A stretch of DNA of 61,390 nucleotides, the filler included, from Rhabdomonas costata (taxonomy: Eukaryota), in NCBI GenBank assembly GCA_019059605.1. It is 18 parts of 18 records of this genome, joined end to end, with 100 filler letters (N's around TTAATTAATTAA, not from the genome) between each part and the next. Parts side by side here need not be neighbours in the genome. Positions count along the whole stretch, not along the records: positions 37,627 to 40,940 come from JAHMHO010001011.1; positions 41,041 to 44,352 come from JAHMHO010001012.1; positions 44,453 to 47,762 come from JAHMHO010001013.1; positions 47,863 to 51,175 come from JAHMHO010001014.1; 14 more parts are not named here. One strand, written 5' to 3'. Every line of letters starts with the position of its first letter. The first letter of the stretch is position 1. Below the pieces are notes generated by a model, which was not told the DNA's origin, did not search any database, and saw nothing but the letters and a program-made list of their open reading frames with translations. Shown in pieces: positions 38,247 through 50,142 of the stretch. Both the position numbers and the translations under genes were made by a program.

Positions 38247-40201
38247 GGTTGAGCTTGTCCAGGACGCCTTGGACATCGCCGAGCGAAGCGGCAATGACAG
38301 CTGGAAGTTGCACGCCTACTCCATGGCTGCAGTGTCGCGCTTCTCGATCGGCCCGGTGGGGCCTCTGGAGAACCTGGACTACATTGAGAAAGGCCTGGCC
38401 ATCTACCTCACCGACCCCGCGGGCTACGAGAGTGATTCCCTGAATAAGTGTAGCCTACCCAAAATTTCCCCCAACTGATTTTGCTCACTTTAGTCGCTTT
38501 AAGGAACCCTTTACGAGCTTTAGGAGGTTATTAGTAGAGAAGGACCAGCATAACATTGCTGAGTGCTGACCGCACAACGCTTTCTGAATGAACAGAGCAT
38601 TTCGGAAAGTTTGTTTCCAACCTCATCCTTTCCAGCTTGAGCATTACATCCTGGAAAAGAATAATATCCTCTCCCCCCGGAAACAAAAGGTGAAAAATGT
38701 GTTCGTTTTTAATCTCGAAACGTTGTACTCCAAAAGGAGGTCAAGTTTTGGTGTTCCCCGCAGTTTCTCCTGCGCTGCGTGTGCTTGTTGTGCCGTTCAT
38801 TTCTCTGTGGATGTTCACTTGCTCAGATGGATCCTATTGAGCTCTGGGATCTCGATCCTGGAGTTCGGCTCTCGGCTGTACTACCTCATGGCCCGCTTTG
38901 CGGACCACGAGAGGCTGATGCAACACTATCGCAGGATTCGTTCCGCGGCATGCGTGCCATTTCACTCCCTACATCTTGCAAATTGATATATGATGGCTCT
39001 GTCCTGCGCCGACAAGCTTAGGAATTGACCAACCGACAGTATAGTTAGCTCCGTCTCGACCTTCTTCGAGTCTCAGAATCTTATCGAGACTCGGTTCATA
39101 ACGAGTTTACCGCTTTCTTTGCACTTGGGAAGAAAGTGGCTGTCGGTGGTGGGATGGAACTGGCTACCCCAACCCCCCTTCCAACTTTTATGCAGGTCAG
39201 TTGCTTTGGGCTTGCTCTTTCTTCTTTTTTTTCTAGGATCACAACGCACCGTGGCAGCTACGGGTGATCCCAATGCTGTTTTCATGTTTCATCCTGACCC
39301 TGAAACAAGAGCGAGAACAGCTTGCACAGGACTCCCAGGATTGTCTTCGCCTTTCCAAGGAGAACAACTACAAGTTTGGCATTCACGCTGCCAGTGCGTT
39401 CTTCGGATTTTCTGAGGTTTCTGTGTGGTCGCTCTCATTTGCCAAACGCGCGTATTTTCTTCTGCAGAGGGGCACTGCTACCTTGATCCAGAAAGCATTT
39501 ACCCATTCTTTTTCAATCCCTGAGGTCTTGCAAGAACAGGAGCAAGTGCGCTTCTACGTGGGACCTTTATTCTTAGGTTCTGGCCAACCGTCTTGCCTCC
39601 GGCATCGAGCTACTGGAGGCGGCCGTTGCTGAGCTGGACAAGGAAGGAGCCGCTCCGATCTTCTTTTACCTGCTTTCGACGAGTTACCTCGAGGCCAAGC
39701 TATGGGAGAAGGTTGTGGAGACCTGCGACAGGGGCATCCGCAGCGTTCAGGTGATGGCACTCCCTCCATCTTTTTCCTGGCGGGATCATCTTGACGGAGC
39801 CCGCGGGGGCTCACGATATGCTGCACTATAGGCCGGCACACTCATATAATCATGTACCCGCATGCTTTCTGTACTTCTACTTTCTGTGTACTTTTTTCTG
39901 TGTACCTTACATATCAAGATCGTAATTCACATGAAAGGTCCGCGCCTTCGCTTGTTGCCAGACCACCTTTGACCCGGAGTTCTACCGGCTCAAAGCTCTG
40001 GCGATGTGGCAGAGAGACTACCATGGGACAGCCTCGGGGTCCGACTCACAAGAGCAGCCGCAGCAACAAAATCCTGCTCTTCCCGCCGATCTCGCGGAGC
40101 TGCTTGAGCTGGGGCTACAATCCGCTCAGAGGCAGGGCTTGCTACTACTGGAGATGAGACTGCGCAGCAGTATTGAGGAGCTGAGCCCGGCGAGCCAGTG
40201 A
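38247..40201 (+). CDS. C-terminal TPR-like region of a bacterial-type adenylate cyclase/AAA-ATPase (STAND-like) protein; 5 exons (38247-~38447, 38827-~38950, 39237-39416, ~39576-39750, 39962-40201)
   Basis: LVQDALDIAERSGND, LDYIEKGLAIY, DCLRLSKENNYKFGIHAASAFFG, GIELLEAAV, FDPEFYRLKA, LELGLQSAQRQGLLLLEMRL* match the recurring C-terminal pattern (ELYRLKG, AR.QGA...ELRA). Spliceosomal junctions are present. Confidence 0.7.
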
Positions 40202-41269
40202 CAGCACCTCTGTGTGTTCCTCTTAATTTAGAGTTCTCAGCAACCCCCTAGAACACGTGTGCCTTTATTTTTTTTTGTTTTCTCCTCAATTTTAATGGGC
40301 ACAATGTCTACTTTCTGTGTACTATGTACTTTATCTTGGCGTTTTTGGGTTGATCTATCAGCTGTGTTTTGAAAACATTCAGATGTGTTTGGAGACACCG
40401 TGGATACGTGGTGGTCTTTGTTCAGGCAATGTGACCTTTTTGAATCGATGGGTGCGTAGAGTCACGTTATTTTTGTAGCAACATCTTACTATGCGATTCG
40501 GGAGTGGCCGCCGGTGCTCTTTATGTTTGCTCTGTTGCCCCGCACGCATGCGTTCCACTTCTATGGCTTTCTTGGCTTCCCCATGCCATCTCCCGCTCTT
40601 CTTTCCGTCGCTGGCTCGACTTTCGGGTCTTCGACAGAAGCAGTGGGTGTTTGCTGGGACATTCTTTTGTCACCGTCGCCTGTGCAGATTTGCTGTTGAC
40701 ATGTATGCGATGAACTTGATATGTGTGGGTACTGCCGATTTAGTGACACAAGGCTTCACTTGGTGTTGCTTTCTATATTCGTTGAAAGTCGAGGGTTTGC
40801 TTGACTGTGTCCTGTGAAGTTGTTAAAATTGGTCGTTTGAAGATGGATTGAATGCGCTCGAAGCACTGGTTGTTGTTGACGTGAAAACGAGCGCTAACCA
40901 TGAAGATTTAAAGGGATGAAATAGACTTGGAAACACAAACNNNNNNNNNNNNNNNNNNNNNNNNNNNNNNNNNNNNNNNNNNNNTTAATTAATTAANNNN
41001 NNNNNNNNNNNNNNNNNNNNNNNNNNNNNNNNNNNNNNNNGGTTGGTTGTACTGGGAGAGGCCAAATGCTGAGGCCAGCGAAGGGGTTGCTTCAGGACCT
41101 CGAATAAATGCTTCTTCAAGGCCCCCATTTTTCTCATAATTGGACATAGCGGTGAGGCCCCAAAACGACCAGTAGAGGCAGAGGGGGTTGAAGACACCCA
41201 CGCTTTCTGTGTGGGTTATTTGCCGCTTGCCACAGCCCTTTAACGCCCTCCTTAAGCCTACAACGTGTA

Positions 41270-41482
41270 TTGGTGCACACATTTGCAGCAGGTGCTACTG
41301 AAGGTGTTTGGGGGGTGGCGCGGGGGGTGTGCTCAGCTATTCAAGTGTATCGGATGCAGGAGCGGCACGACAAGGGCTACTTTGTGGACCTCACTATCCT
41401 TGGGCCTGACATTTTTCCCACGATTGACGTGGTGCACGAGATATATATGGCCCTCAGGTCCCACTTGGCGGAACTGTCATGA
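41270..41482 (+). CDS. Terminal exon resembling the C-terminal KA1-like domain of SNF1/AMPK alpha kinases
   Basis: IQVYRMQERHDKGYFVDLTILGPDIFPTIDVVHEIYMAL* resembles QxY...YLxD...G..F.D. The exon start is uncertain. Confidence 0.4.
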   Translation: MVHTFAAGATEGVWGVARGVCSAIQVYRMQERHDKGYFVDLTILGPDIFPTIDVVHEIYMALRSHLAELS

Positions 41483-42117
41483 GCCTTGCCGTGTTGACTT
41501 GCGCCCGTCATCAGGAGCCAGTGGGCTTTGCCTGTACCTTTGGCTACCTTGTGTACTTTATCGCGCACGTTTTCTTTGCCCACTGGGCCCCATTCAAACG
41601 GGTGCTGTTGTGTCTCGAGGGATATACACTGCAGTAAACTCTCGGTTTGCTCGCCTCTAAAGCAAGCGGTAAGCCAAAAAGCAGAGAACAGTGCGTGACA
41701 TCCTGTGAAAACCTTTTGAATCGGGAAACCACTAATTTCTGAGATACGATGTTACGATGGGCGTTACTGGGCAAGCAGCAAGCACTCGTGCTACCTCTCA
41801 GTGTCCATTGCTGGAGTTACTCATAGAACTCATGGTTTTTGTTGCGATTCTTTTATCACGTTAATGCAGTGTTTGTAGTGGACTCGTGAGAACGTTCTGA
41901 TCGTTGCCTTTTCTTCGCGCGCTTTAAGTCGTTCCAACTTCACAAACCCTATTGAATCCCAAGTCACGGCTTCACACTGGGTCCACTACTGCCTGTACTG
42001 TCTTCCAGGCTTCAGCCGACTTGGCAAGACTTGCTGCTTGCTGACACTTCCTCTTTGTAGTCAGTTTGGGTTCTGTGTATGTGTGTGGGGGGGGGGCCTT
42101 CTACCGTTTTCCCCAAA

Positions 42118-43650
42118 ATGAGAATCGTTGCCCTTCTGCGGGGTGTCCGTCTTCGTCCTCCGCGCGTCGCCGTCGATGCCTCTGATCCCTGGGGGGTAAG
42201 GCCCAACACCTTCACCCTGGAAGTCTCCATGGAAGTCCACCCTGGCCAGCATTGGCTTATCCTCGGAAGCAACGGCTCTGGAAAGTCTACCCTGGGCCGG
42301 GCCCTGTGTGGGACGATCCGGCACCTGGAGGGCTCGTTGCAACTTGCCCTCCCACGGGAGAAGATGGCCTACGTCTCGTTTGCCGAGCAAGTCCAGGTGG
42401 TACAGGCCATGGAGAAGGCGGAGAATCTGAGGCGGGACTTTGGGAAAAATGCTCGCGACGACGAGAGCCTGATTCCCACTGCCGAGCAGTTCATCGGGCT
42501 GGAGACTTGCACTGTGTTTCAGGTCGATCCCTCCAGTCGGCTCAACTTGCTGTCCAGTGGGGAGCTCCGCAAGGCGGTCCTTGGCAGAGTTCTGCAAACC
42601 AGCCCGGAGTTTGTGGTATTGGACGAGCCCTTTGACGGACTGGACCAGGACTCTAGGAACAGCGTGATGCGCCTGCTGGAGAGGCTGGTCCTGGAGAAGC
42701 ATTCCCAGTTTGTCATTATTACCCACCGCTTTGAGGAGATTCCCAGCTTCATCACCAATGTGCTGGTGCTCAAGGGTGGCAAGGTGGTCTTCCAGGGCTC
42801 GCGGGAGGCTGCGTTGGCGGAGCGGAAATCCAGCGGAGGCCTGGAGGCATGGATCGGGAGATACTTTGAGACCACGGAGAGGGCAGGGAGCCCGCGGTTT
42901 CCTATTTTTCCGGACAGCCTGACCGCCCGTGACCCCAGCTTTGACTTTGACGCTCAAGTGGTGATCGAACTTCGCAATCTTGGGCTTCGGTTTGGAACCC
43001 ATGTGGTGCTTCAGGACTTTTCATGGAAGGTTTTGAAGGGCCAGCACTGGCAAATCAAGGGTCGGAATGGTGCAGGGAAGAGCTCTTTGGTGAAAATCAT
43101 CTCTGCTAGCGTTCCAATGACCATCCAGAAGGGAGAAATGTATCTTCTGGGAAAGCAAGTTGGTTATGGCTCTGGTGTTGGCATCTGGAGCGTCCGGCAG
43201 ATTTTCGGGCTCGTCTCCACGGAGCTTCATTCGTCGTTTGCGCAACAGCGGGCCGGCTCGATGACTGTCTTTGACGTGATTGGCTCCGGGTTTCACGAGT
43301 CTATTGGGCTCTTCGAACCACTAACCGAGTTGCAGGCCAACGCGGTTCAAAAGTGGGCGGAAGTCCTTGATCTTGCCGAAATGCTTGAGAGGCCCTTTCT
43401 CAACACCTCTCAGGGGCAGCAAAGGTTAGCCTTGATTGCAAGGGCGTTGGTCAAGCAACCTCGCATTCTGGTTTTGGACGAACCCTTGCATGGGCTGGAT
43501 CCCAGTAATCGCTCCAAGATCCTGGATTTCCTCAGCCAGCTAGCAAAGGAAAGAGCGCAGAGGCTGACGATCCTGTACATTTCCCACGCCTCTGAGTTGT
43601 CTGAAAGCAAGCCGGACTTCATAACTCACACACTTTGCCTTGGGGAGTGA
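42118..43650 (+). CDS. ModF-like ABC ATPase with two nucleotide-binding domains and no TM domain; intronless
   Basis: GQHWLILGSNGSGKST, LSSGELRK, VVLDEPFDGLD; second domain GQHWQIKGRNGAGKSSL, GSGVGIWSVRQIFGLVSTELH, SQGQQRLALIARALVKQPRILVLDEPLHGLD. Confidence 0.93.
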   Translation: MRIVALLRGVRLRPPRVAVDASDPWGVRPNTFTLEVSMEVHPGQHWLILGSNGSGKSTLGRALCGTIRHLEGSLQLALPREKMAYVSFAEQVQVVQAMEKAENLRRDFGKNARDDESLIPTAEQFIGLETCTVFQVDPSSRLNLLSSGELRKAVLGRVLQTSPEFVVLDEPFDGLDQDSRNSVMRLLERLVLEKHSQFVIITHRFEEIPSFITNVLVLKGGKVVFQGSREAALAERKSSGGLEAWIGRYFETTERAGSPRFPIFPDSLTARDPSFDFDAQVVIELRNLGLRFGTHVVLQDFSWKVLKGQHWQIKGRNGAGKSSLVKIISASVPMTIQKGEMYLLGKQVGYGSGVGIWSVRQIFGLVSTELHSSFAQQRAGSMTVFDVIGSGFHESIGLFEPLTELQANAVQKWAEVLDLAEMLERPFLNTSQGQQRLALIARALVKQPRILVLDEPLHGLDPSNRSKILDFLSQLAKERAQRLTILYISHASELSESKPDFITHTLCLGE

Positions 43651-45351
43651 GCCTTTGTTCCTTTTTCTGAGGCGATGTGCTACTCTCACAGTGCGCGAAG
43701 CTCCATCGACACCCAGAAGAGATTCGGGTTGGAATTCCATTTGCACCTGCATTCTTCAGCAGACGTGCTGATTTCATCAATTATATCATTATCATTATCA
43801 CCATGATCTTGGAGTTTTCGGTGTCTGAAAAGGAAATGTGTTCTCAGCCGATGCGTAAACAGCAGGTTGTTGAAGAGGGGGGTGGTGTATCGTCGGTGAG
43901 CCCCTTCGGATGTCCGTTTTGTGTGGCCGTTTTGTGCTAATGTTTGTGGAAAATTCCTGGTGATATGTCTGCCCCCTAGTTTATTTTGTGATGCTTTGTG
44001 TTTTTGCGGCAGCACATGCCCGCACGCACCGCCGCAATTCGCGCAATACAAAGCGGGGGCCACACGAAAAACACAAAACTATGTAGGTCCACTTTGGCCG
44101 TCGGGCTAAGGGCAAAAAACTTTCCGCGGTAAAAAAAACCTTACCGCAAAGAGGAATTCACAGAACACACTGGAACTGCTTGCAAATGTCGTCTTCGGAG
44201 GTCAATCGGTGTTGCACAGCAATCAGAAGCAAGAAATACACAAAAAGAAGATCCTTTTTCTCTTTCAAATTGAACCGGAAGACCAGCTCCTGCACCGAAA
44301 GAGAGGAATATAGTAAGTAGCCCGGGGGGGGCTCCGTCCCGCCGAACCACCCNNNNNNNNNNNNNNNNNNNNNNNNNNNNNNNNNNNNNNNNNNNNTTAA
44401 TTAATTAANNNNNNNNNNNNNNNNNNNNNNNNNNNNNNNNNNNNNNNNNNNNAGTCCCTTCACCTGCCCGGGGGGGGGGCTAGACCCACCGGACCCGCCC
44501 CCCCCCGTGCTCCTGTCCCAGGGGCACGTGCATCGCCACTTAACCCCACCTTTATTCTACCGTCTTTTTGCACGAGAATAAACTTATCTCTGCTCTCTGC
44601 TCTTCTCGTATGGGGTTCCAAAAGGGAGGGTTGGGGGGGGGGAGGTGCCGCTAAGTATAGGAGTGCCCCAGCTTCTCCATAGATTTGGAGATAGATGATA
44701 GACGAGGAGAAGGGGACGTCCCCATTCGTACCCTCAGGCTGGAGTTGTATTCTGTCTTATTTGCGTCCTTTACTGTTTTTTGTCAACAATTGGTTTATGC
44801 TTTAGATTTCGATCCGGGGTATATCGCAACGATGATGACACGGTGCCCCTTAAAACCCTCCTCCAACTCGCTTGTGTCCATAAGCTGGGAGATTTGCGAG
44901 CACTTGCTGTCGTTTTCTCCTCACGCGACGGAAATAAACATAGTTCCTTCCTTTGGGGTGTGTAATTTCGTAGTGAATAGGATATGCACCACTTTTGGGG
45001 AATTTCAGAGCACGGTGGGTACGATGGTCTCAGGATCTGCTGGTTTCAGACGAATCCATTCTTGGTCCAAAACTTGACTTCTTGCTGTTAAGCAACTTCT
45101 GTGTCAAACCGCCAACACGCTTTTCAGTTTTTTCCTCCTCTTTGGACGGTGTTCGAGTTACTTCCGTTGGGATCGCGGTTTTGCTCTTTTTTACACACAC
45201 TTCAGAACCGGCAAGAGGATTCTCTGTGTTTTAGACGTTCAAATTGCTTTGTGGTGGGGTGCGTAGAGAACCGGGCCCCTAAAGCCGAACCGCAGACACA
45301 CGACGTTGAGGTGAGGTTTCCTTTGGGCTCACTCCTCCTGTTGGTTACGTG

Positions 45352-47618
45352 ATGTCCTGTGCCCGCCATGCCGGCTGCATTGCCGCCCTGAAGGCGGTCC
45401 TGGGGACCCGGGTGTCCACGGCGAGGGCAGTGCTGGAGCACCACAGCAAAGGCGAGGGCTACGTGGTCCCTGCCTTTCCCGACGCTGTTGCCACAGTTCA
45501 CAGCACTGAGGAAGCCTCGGAGGAATGTACCCGTGTGATGTGCCTGTCTCACGGCGTCAGAATTTCAAGATTTCAGAATTGTTGCAGGTCAGTGTTAAAA
45601 TGGCAGTGGTACCTGCAGTGGCAATTCGCGGGTTGTCTTTGTTGGTTCTGATTGCAGCGGAGTCTGTGCGTTTGTTGAGATGCAATGAGAACCTTTGTAG
45701 TTGCGGCATGCGTGGGCCTGTTCAGGTCATGAAGATTTGCTCGAAGTTCCGCACCCCTGTTGTGCCCTTCGGGGCGGGCAGCAGCTTGGAGGGCCATGTG
45801 CAGTGCGTTCAAGGCGGGGTTGCGGTAGACTTCAATGAAATGAACACTGTTTTGGAGATCAACGAGGCCGATATGGACTGCAAAGTCCAGGCAGGTCGCA
45901 AGCACTGGGTAGCGAAGTTTGTGAGTCGAATAAATCAGCTCGTTGAAGCAGTGACCTGCGCTTTGGTAAGGGGCAGATCTTTGGTACAATGTATGGGGAG
46001 GGCGTGTTTAACGGGGTGAAACATATGGGACGACCCCCGGATCTCTCCCGGTAAACTCCAAGTCGTGGGATAGTTCACACACAAATTATGTCATTCGTGG
46101 CCTGAGGAAATTTTCAAATTCTTGACTCGACCGCGGCAAGCCTTAGCCAACCCTGGGATTGTCGTTGTCCGGCCTTCTCCTTCTTGCCCTACCCTTACCC
46201 TAAATCCCGAACTCAATGAAGAGCACTGCATCGTTGGCTATTCGGATCGATTCTTGAGAATCTCCATTCAACCTGACTCAAAACTAGACTCTCATTCTGG
46301 TGTTTTATCTGGTGTTTTATTCGACAGTTTTGGTTAGGCTGGCCTGGAGGGTGAATTCCCTCCTCACAGGAGTGAACCGGGTGCAGCTGAACAAGGCCTT
46401 GCGTGGTACTGGGCTGTTTTTCCCGGTCGATCCAGGGGCGGAGGCTTCCCTTGGGGGAATGGCAGCGACAAGGTACACACAGCGACCTGTGTATGTGTAT
46501 ATGCGCAATCTCCAAAACTGGGGCATGCAGTTATTCGCTTAAATCGCAGCATTTGCATCTCATCGGCTCGAATTTCAAAAGGAAAAAAGCGGGCGCTGTG
46601 TGATGGTGTGGATGTGCGCGCGGTCGTTTTGCAGATGAAATGTATATTCATTTTGAAATGTATTTTCATCATGAGTGTGTTCAACACATTTGTCTTCTTC
46701 TTCCTCATAGTTCAGGTCTCTGTGATGTTTTCATGAAAGGTAGGTGAATGCCGTTGTCATTTGATTTAGCTGAAGTCGGGCGAAATTTACCTTCTCCACC
46801 TTCAGGGCTTCGGGGACCACTACGGTGCGGTACGGCTCCATGCGGGACAATGTGCTGGGGCTGACTTGTGTGGCGGCGGATGGCCGTGTGTTCAAGACTG
46901 GGGGAAGGGCCAGGAAGTCGGCCGCGGGCTACGACCTCACCAGGTCCCAGCGGCTCCCTCATCTCTCTGACTGGGAGGCTCTCAACCACCGCAGCGATAA
47001 ACACATTCTAGGTTAAGCATCTCAGGATTCTAGGTCCAGCCCCCTCTCCCTCGCCAGGACCGTTCGTTGCAGGGTGGTCAATCTTCTTCCAATTCTTATG
47101 CATTCCACTCTTCTCTCTGCTACTGTGCCGGAATTTGGACAGTGGGGATGGAGTGTTGCAACGTTGCCTATGCCCCGTAGTTGAGTGTGATGTATCCGCT
47201 GCTGCTGCCATCGGTACACTTTTGTGGGTTATTTGGCCTTAATGAGAATCAAGTCCGCATTTTTTCATTATAAAATCCTTTACTAAAGGGAAGGGCTTCA
47301 AGGGCACAAATTGTGTTTCGCAGGGGTCATTCAGTTTACACACTATGCGAATGGCCCTGTATGGCCCTCGGGACGTGGGTGTAGGGGCATAGTTGGAAGG
47401 AGAGAGGTGGAGTGTGTTGCCCTCGTCACTGAAGGCTTCTGATTGGCTCTGAGGGTACACTGGCACTGGTCACGGAGCTGCGGCTGAGGCTGTTTGGGCT
47501 CCCGCCCTCTGTGGGCGCGGCTCGGCTGCGGTTTGGCACTCTCACCGACGCCGCCGCGACGGTCTCCACGCTGATGCAGACGGGGGCCTCCGTGGCTCGC
47601 TTGGAGCTCCTCGATGAG
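45352..47618 (+). CDS. FAD-linked D-lactate dehydrogenase (GlcD/LDHD-like), 3'-partial; exons 45352-45522, 45726-45894, 46370-46472, 46806-46943, 47435-47618
   Basis: [101 protein letters not shown]. Confidence 0.95.
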
Positions 47619-48451
47619 GTGTTTTCCGTCTCTTGGCCGCAACGGCGATGGAGCAGCATTTTGGCTTATGAGCATACACTTTCTCTCTCCTTTCTCTCGT
47701 GTCTCCCGTGTCTGTTTCGTGCGGCACGAGAGAAAGGAGAGAGAAAGTGTATGCTCAACAACNNNNNNNNNNNNNNNNNNNNNNNNNNNNNNNNNNNNNN
47801 NNNNNNTTAATTAATTAANNNNNNNNNNNNNNNNNNNNNNNNNNNNNNNNNNNNNNNNNNNNTTGTGTTGTGAAGAAAAGTGGTGTGTGTGGTTTTCGTA
47901 CGGGCCCGACACGAAGATCTCGCAGGGTGGCTACTGTGGCAGGGAAGAAGCAAAGACTCGCCATTATCCAGCGCATGCCAAATGAGACCACTCCCTGAAC
48001 GTCAACACGTCGGCGAACGCCCCTCGGCATGCGCGGCGCACCTGGGGAAATGCACTCCAGCAACGCCTCCCTGCGAAACCTGAAAGCGGAAAGAAACAGA
48101 AAGGCAGTGGCTCTGCACTCTATAGAGCCCCATGCTCAGGCACTACCGTTTCTTTCGAAATCTGATTTGCTAAACACAAATCTCTTGACTGTGCACATGA
48201 GGCAAAGAGGCTAAGCGGTTAAATACCAGTTGCCAACGCTGCACCATCGACGCCATGCAATTTAAGCAAACAAAAGCAGGGACAGACAGGACCACAGAGA
48301 TATGGATATGTGTTTGTGCAATTGATTCAACAACATTCAATTCAGCAACATCGGCGCCAGAACCTCTGGTGGGTACATCCCGGGGTTACAAAGAGCAACG
48401 GTGGTGACGGCGCAGGAACCGTACAGGTGCACAAACGGCACATTCACACAC

Positions 48452-50142
48452 CTCGTGGTCGGCAACCTCCTGCCGGCGGCGAATTAAATCAGCCTTCAGG
48501 CGGCTGTTCTCCTCAATGAGACTGCGGATGTGCTGCTCCATGGCCCCGTCTGTGTAGCAAAGTCCCAGCACGGGTGCGATTGACGTTTTGAAAAGTGTGT
48601 GGTGGGGTAAGGTTATCGTAACCACTTCCCCCGCTCCAACGCCAATTGTGCCCAAGGGGTTTCGAAGTCAGGGCCAGGAATTAAGGTCTTAGAAGGTCTC
48701 GGTGGTGATGGTGGTGGTGGTGGTGGTGGTGAGCAGCTCTAGGAATATCGGGGGTAAATATCATAAAACTAGAGCAGGGAGTGAGAAAGTAGAAGGCAAA
48801 AACCACAATGCGCACTTCGTTTGCCCTCAGCCTGGGGCTTCGGAGTCGCTGTGATCGCTCGCTCAGAGACCGCCCTGCATACGAGAGAAAACAAACAAAA
48901 GGGTATTGCTGGTTTTGGTGGCCAAATAGCGAGGGACTGCGATAATTTTTCTTCTACCAAACATATTTCATGTTTCAAGACACCAAAGCCTTGGAAGGCC
49001 CTCACGAAGGGAATACCTCTGCAGATCACACCGCAGCATGTTGCTGATGTCAATGAGCTTGGCGCGCTCGCTGATTAACCGCTTCATGTCTTCCGTGGCC
49101 TGGCGCATCTGAAGACGATGTCAAAAGTAAGGAAACGTCTGAGACTTTGTCTACACGAAGGGAGGAGGGGGGGCAACACCTTCGCCTGTAAAAACTCGGC
49201 CTCTTTCTCTACGGAGCGAGCGTAGGCCGCCATCTTGGAGTATCTGTGAAGAAGAAGCAACAGCAGCAGCAGCGCCCGTCTCCCAAAAGCTCGCATATTA
49301 CCCACCTCCATGAATTCAGAAGCAGTCAGCAAAAAGCATCAAACCAAATTAACGTGTCCGTGGAGAATTCACAGAGAACAGAAAGGAAGCAAAATCAAGA
49401 ATCGGTTGTTGCTTTGCTTGATTTTGCAGGTTTTAAGGACTTTTTCGTCGGCAAACCAACACGAAAGTGACTCCTAACGCCACACTTTTTTGTCATTCGG
49501 TGAAGCTCCTCACGGACAGCCGAGTCTGAAGGTAAACATACACAGACGGAAACATAAAAAGTCCCACCCAAGAGCCACNNNNNNNNNNNNNNNNNNNNNN
49601 NNNNNNNNNNNNNNNNNNNNNNNNNNNNNNNNNNNNNNNNNNNNNNNNNNNNNNNNNNNNNNNNNNNNNNNNNNNNNNNNNNNNNNNNNNNNNNNNNNNN
49701 NNNNNNNNNNNNNNNNNNNNNNNNNNNNNNNNNNNNNNNNNNNNNNNNNNNNNNNNNNNNNNNNNNNNNNNNNNNNNNNNNNNNNNNNNNNNNNNATAAA
49801 AGGATCGCTCATGACCAAAATGGCAATTGAAAAGTGGGCGAATCGTCCCATCGAATCGTTCCATCTCAATAAAAACGTGTTTACCATACCTCGAGCGTGT
49901 TCCACATCGGGAGGGTCGCTCTCTGAAACGCTACTCCATATGAGCAAAAAAAAACTGCTTTTAGCAGCTCAAAGAGAAGGCAGCACTGTGGACGATCATA
50001 TGTGCGACTGTGGAGAGGGAATGCACACCGGCCGGGACGGGTCACGAACTTCACCACCGTGACTTTCGGCGAGGGCAGCCCTCAGCTGACTCTTGTCCCG
50101 CTTGAGCCTGGCAATGCACCTCTCCCTCTCCAGGGCTTCCTT
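48452..50142 (-). CDS. Coiled-coil protein, CCDC57-like, partial multi-exon
   Basis: Exon 49108-49032 reads MRQATEDMKRLISERAKLIDISNMLR(A), resembling the CCDC57 ER..LIE..N.LRA motif. Flanking exons are coiled-coil with GT-AG ends. Confidence 0.55.
48701..48730. repeat. (GGT)n trinucleotide microsatellite in an intron
   Basis: ggtggtgatggtggtggtggtggtggtggt. Confidence 0.9.

Noticed and set aside
42061..43002. Long antisense ORFs (313 aa here; also 55912-56664, 53158-53988 and 31544-32281)
   Set aside because: These are shadow ORFs of GC-rich genes on the opposite strand.
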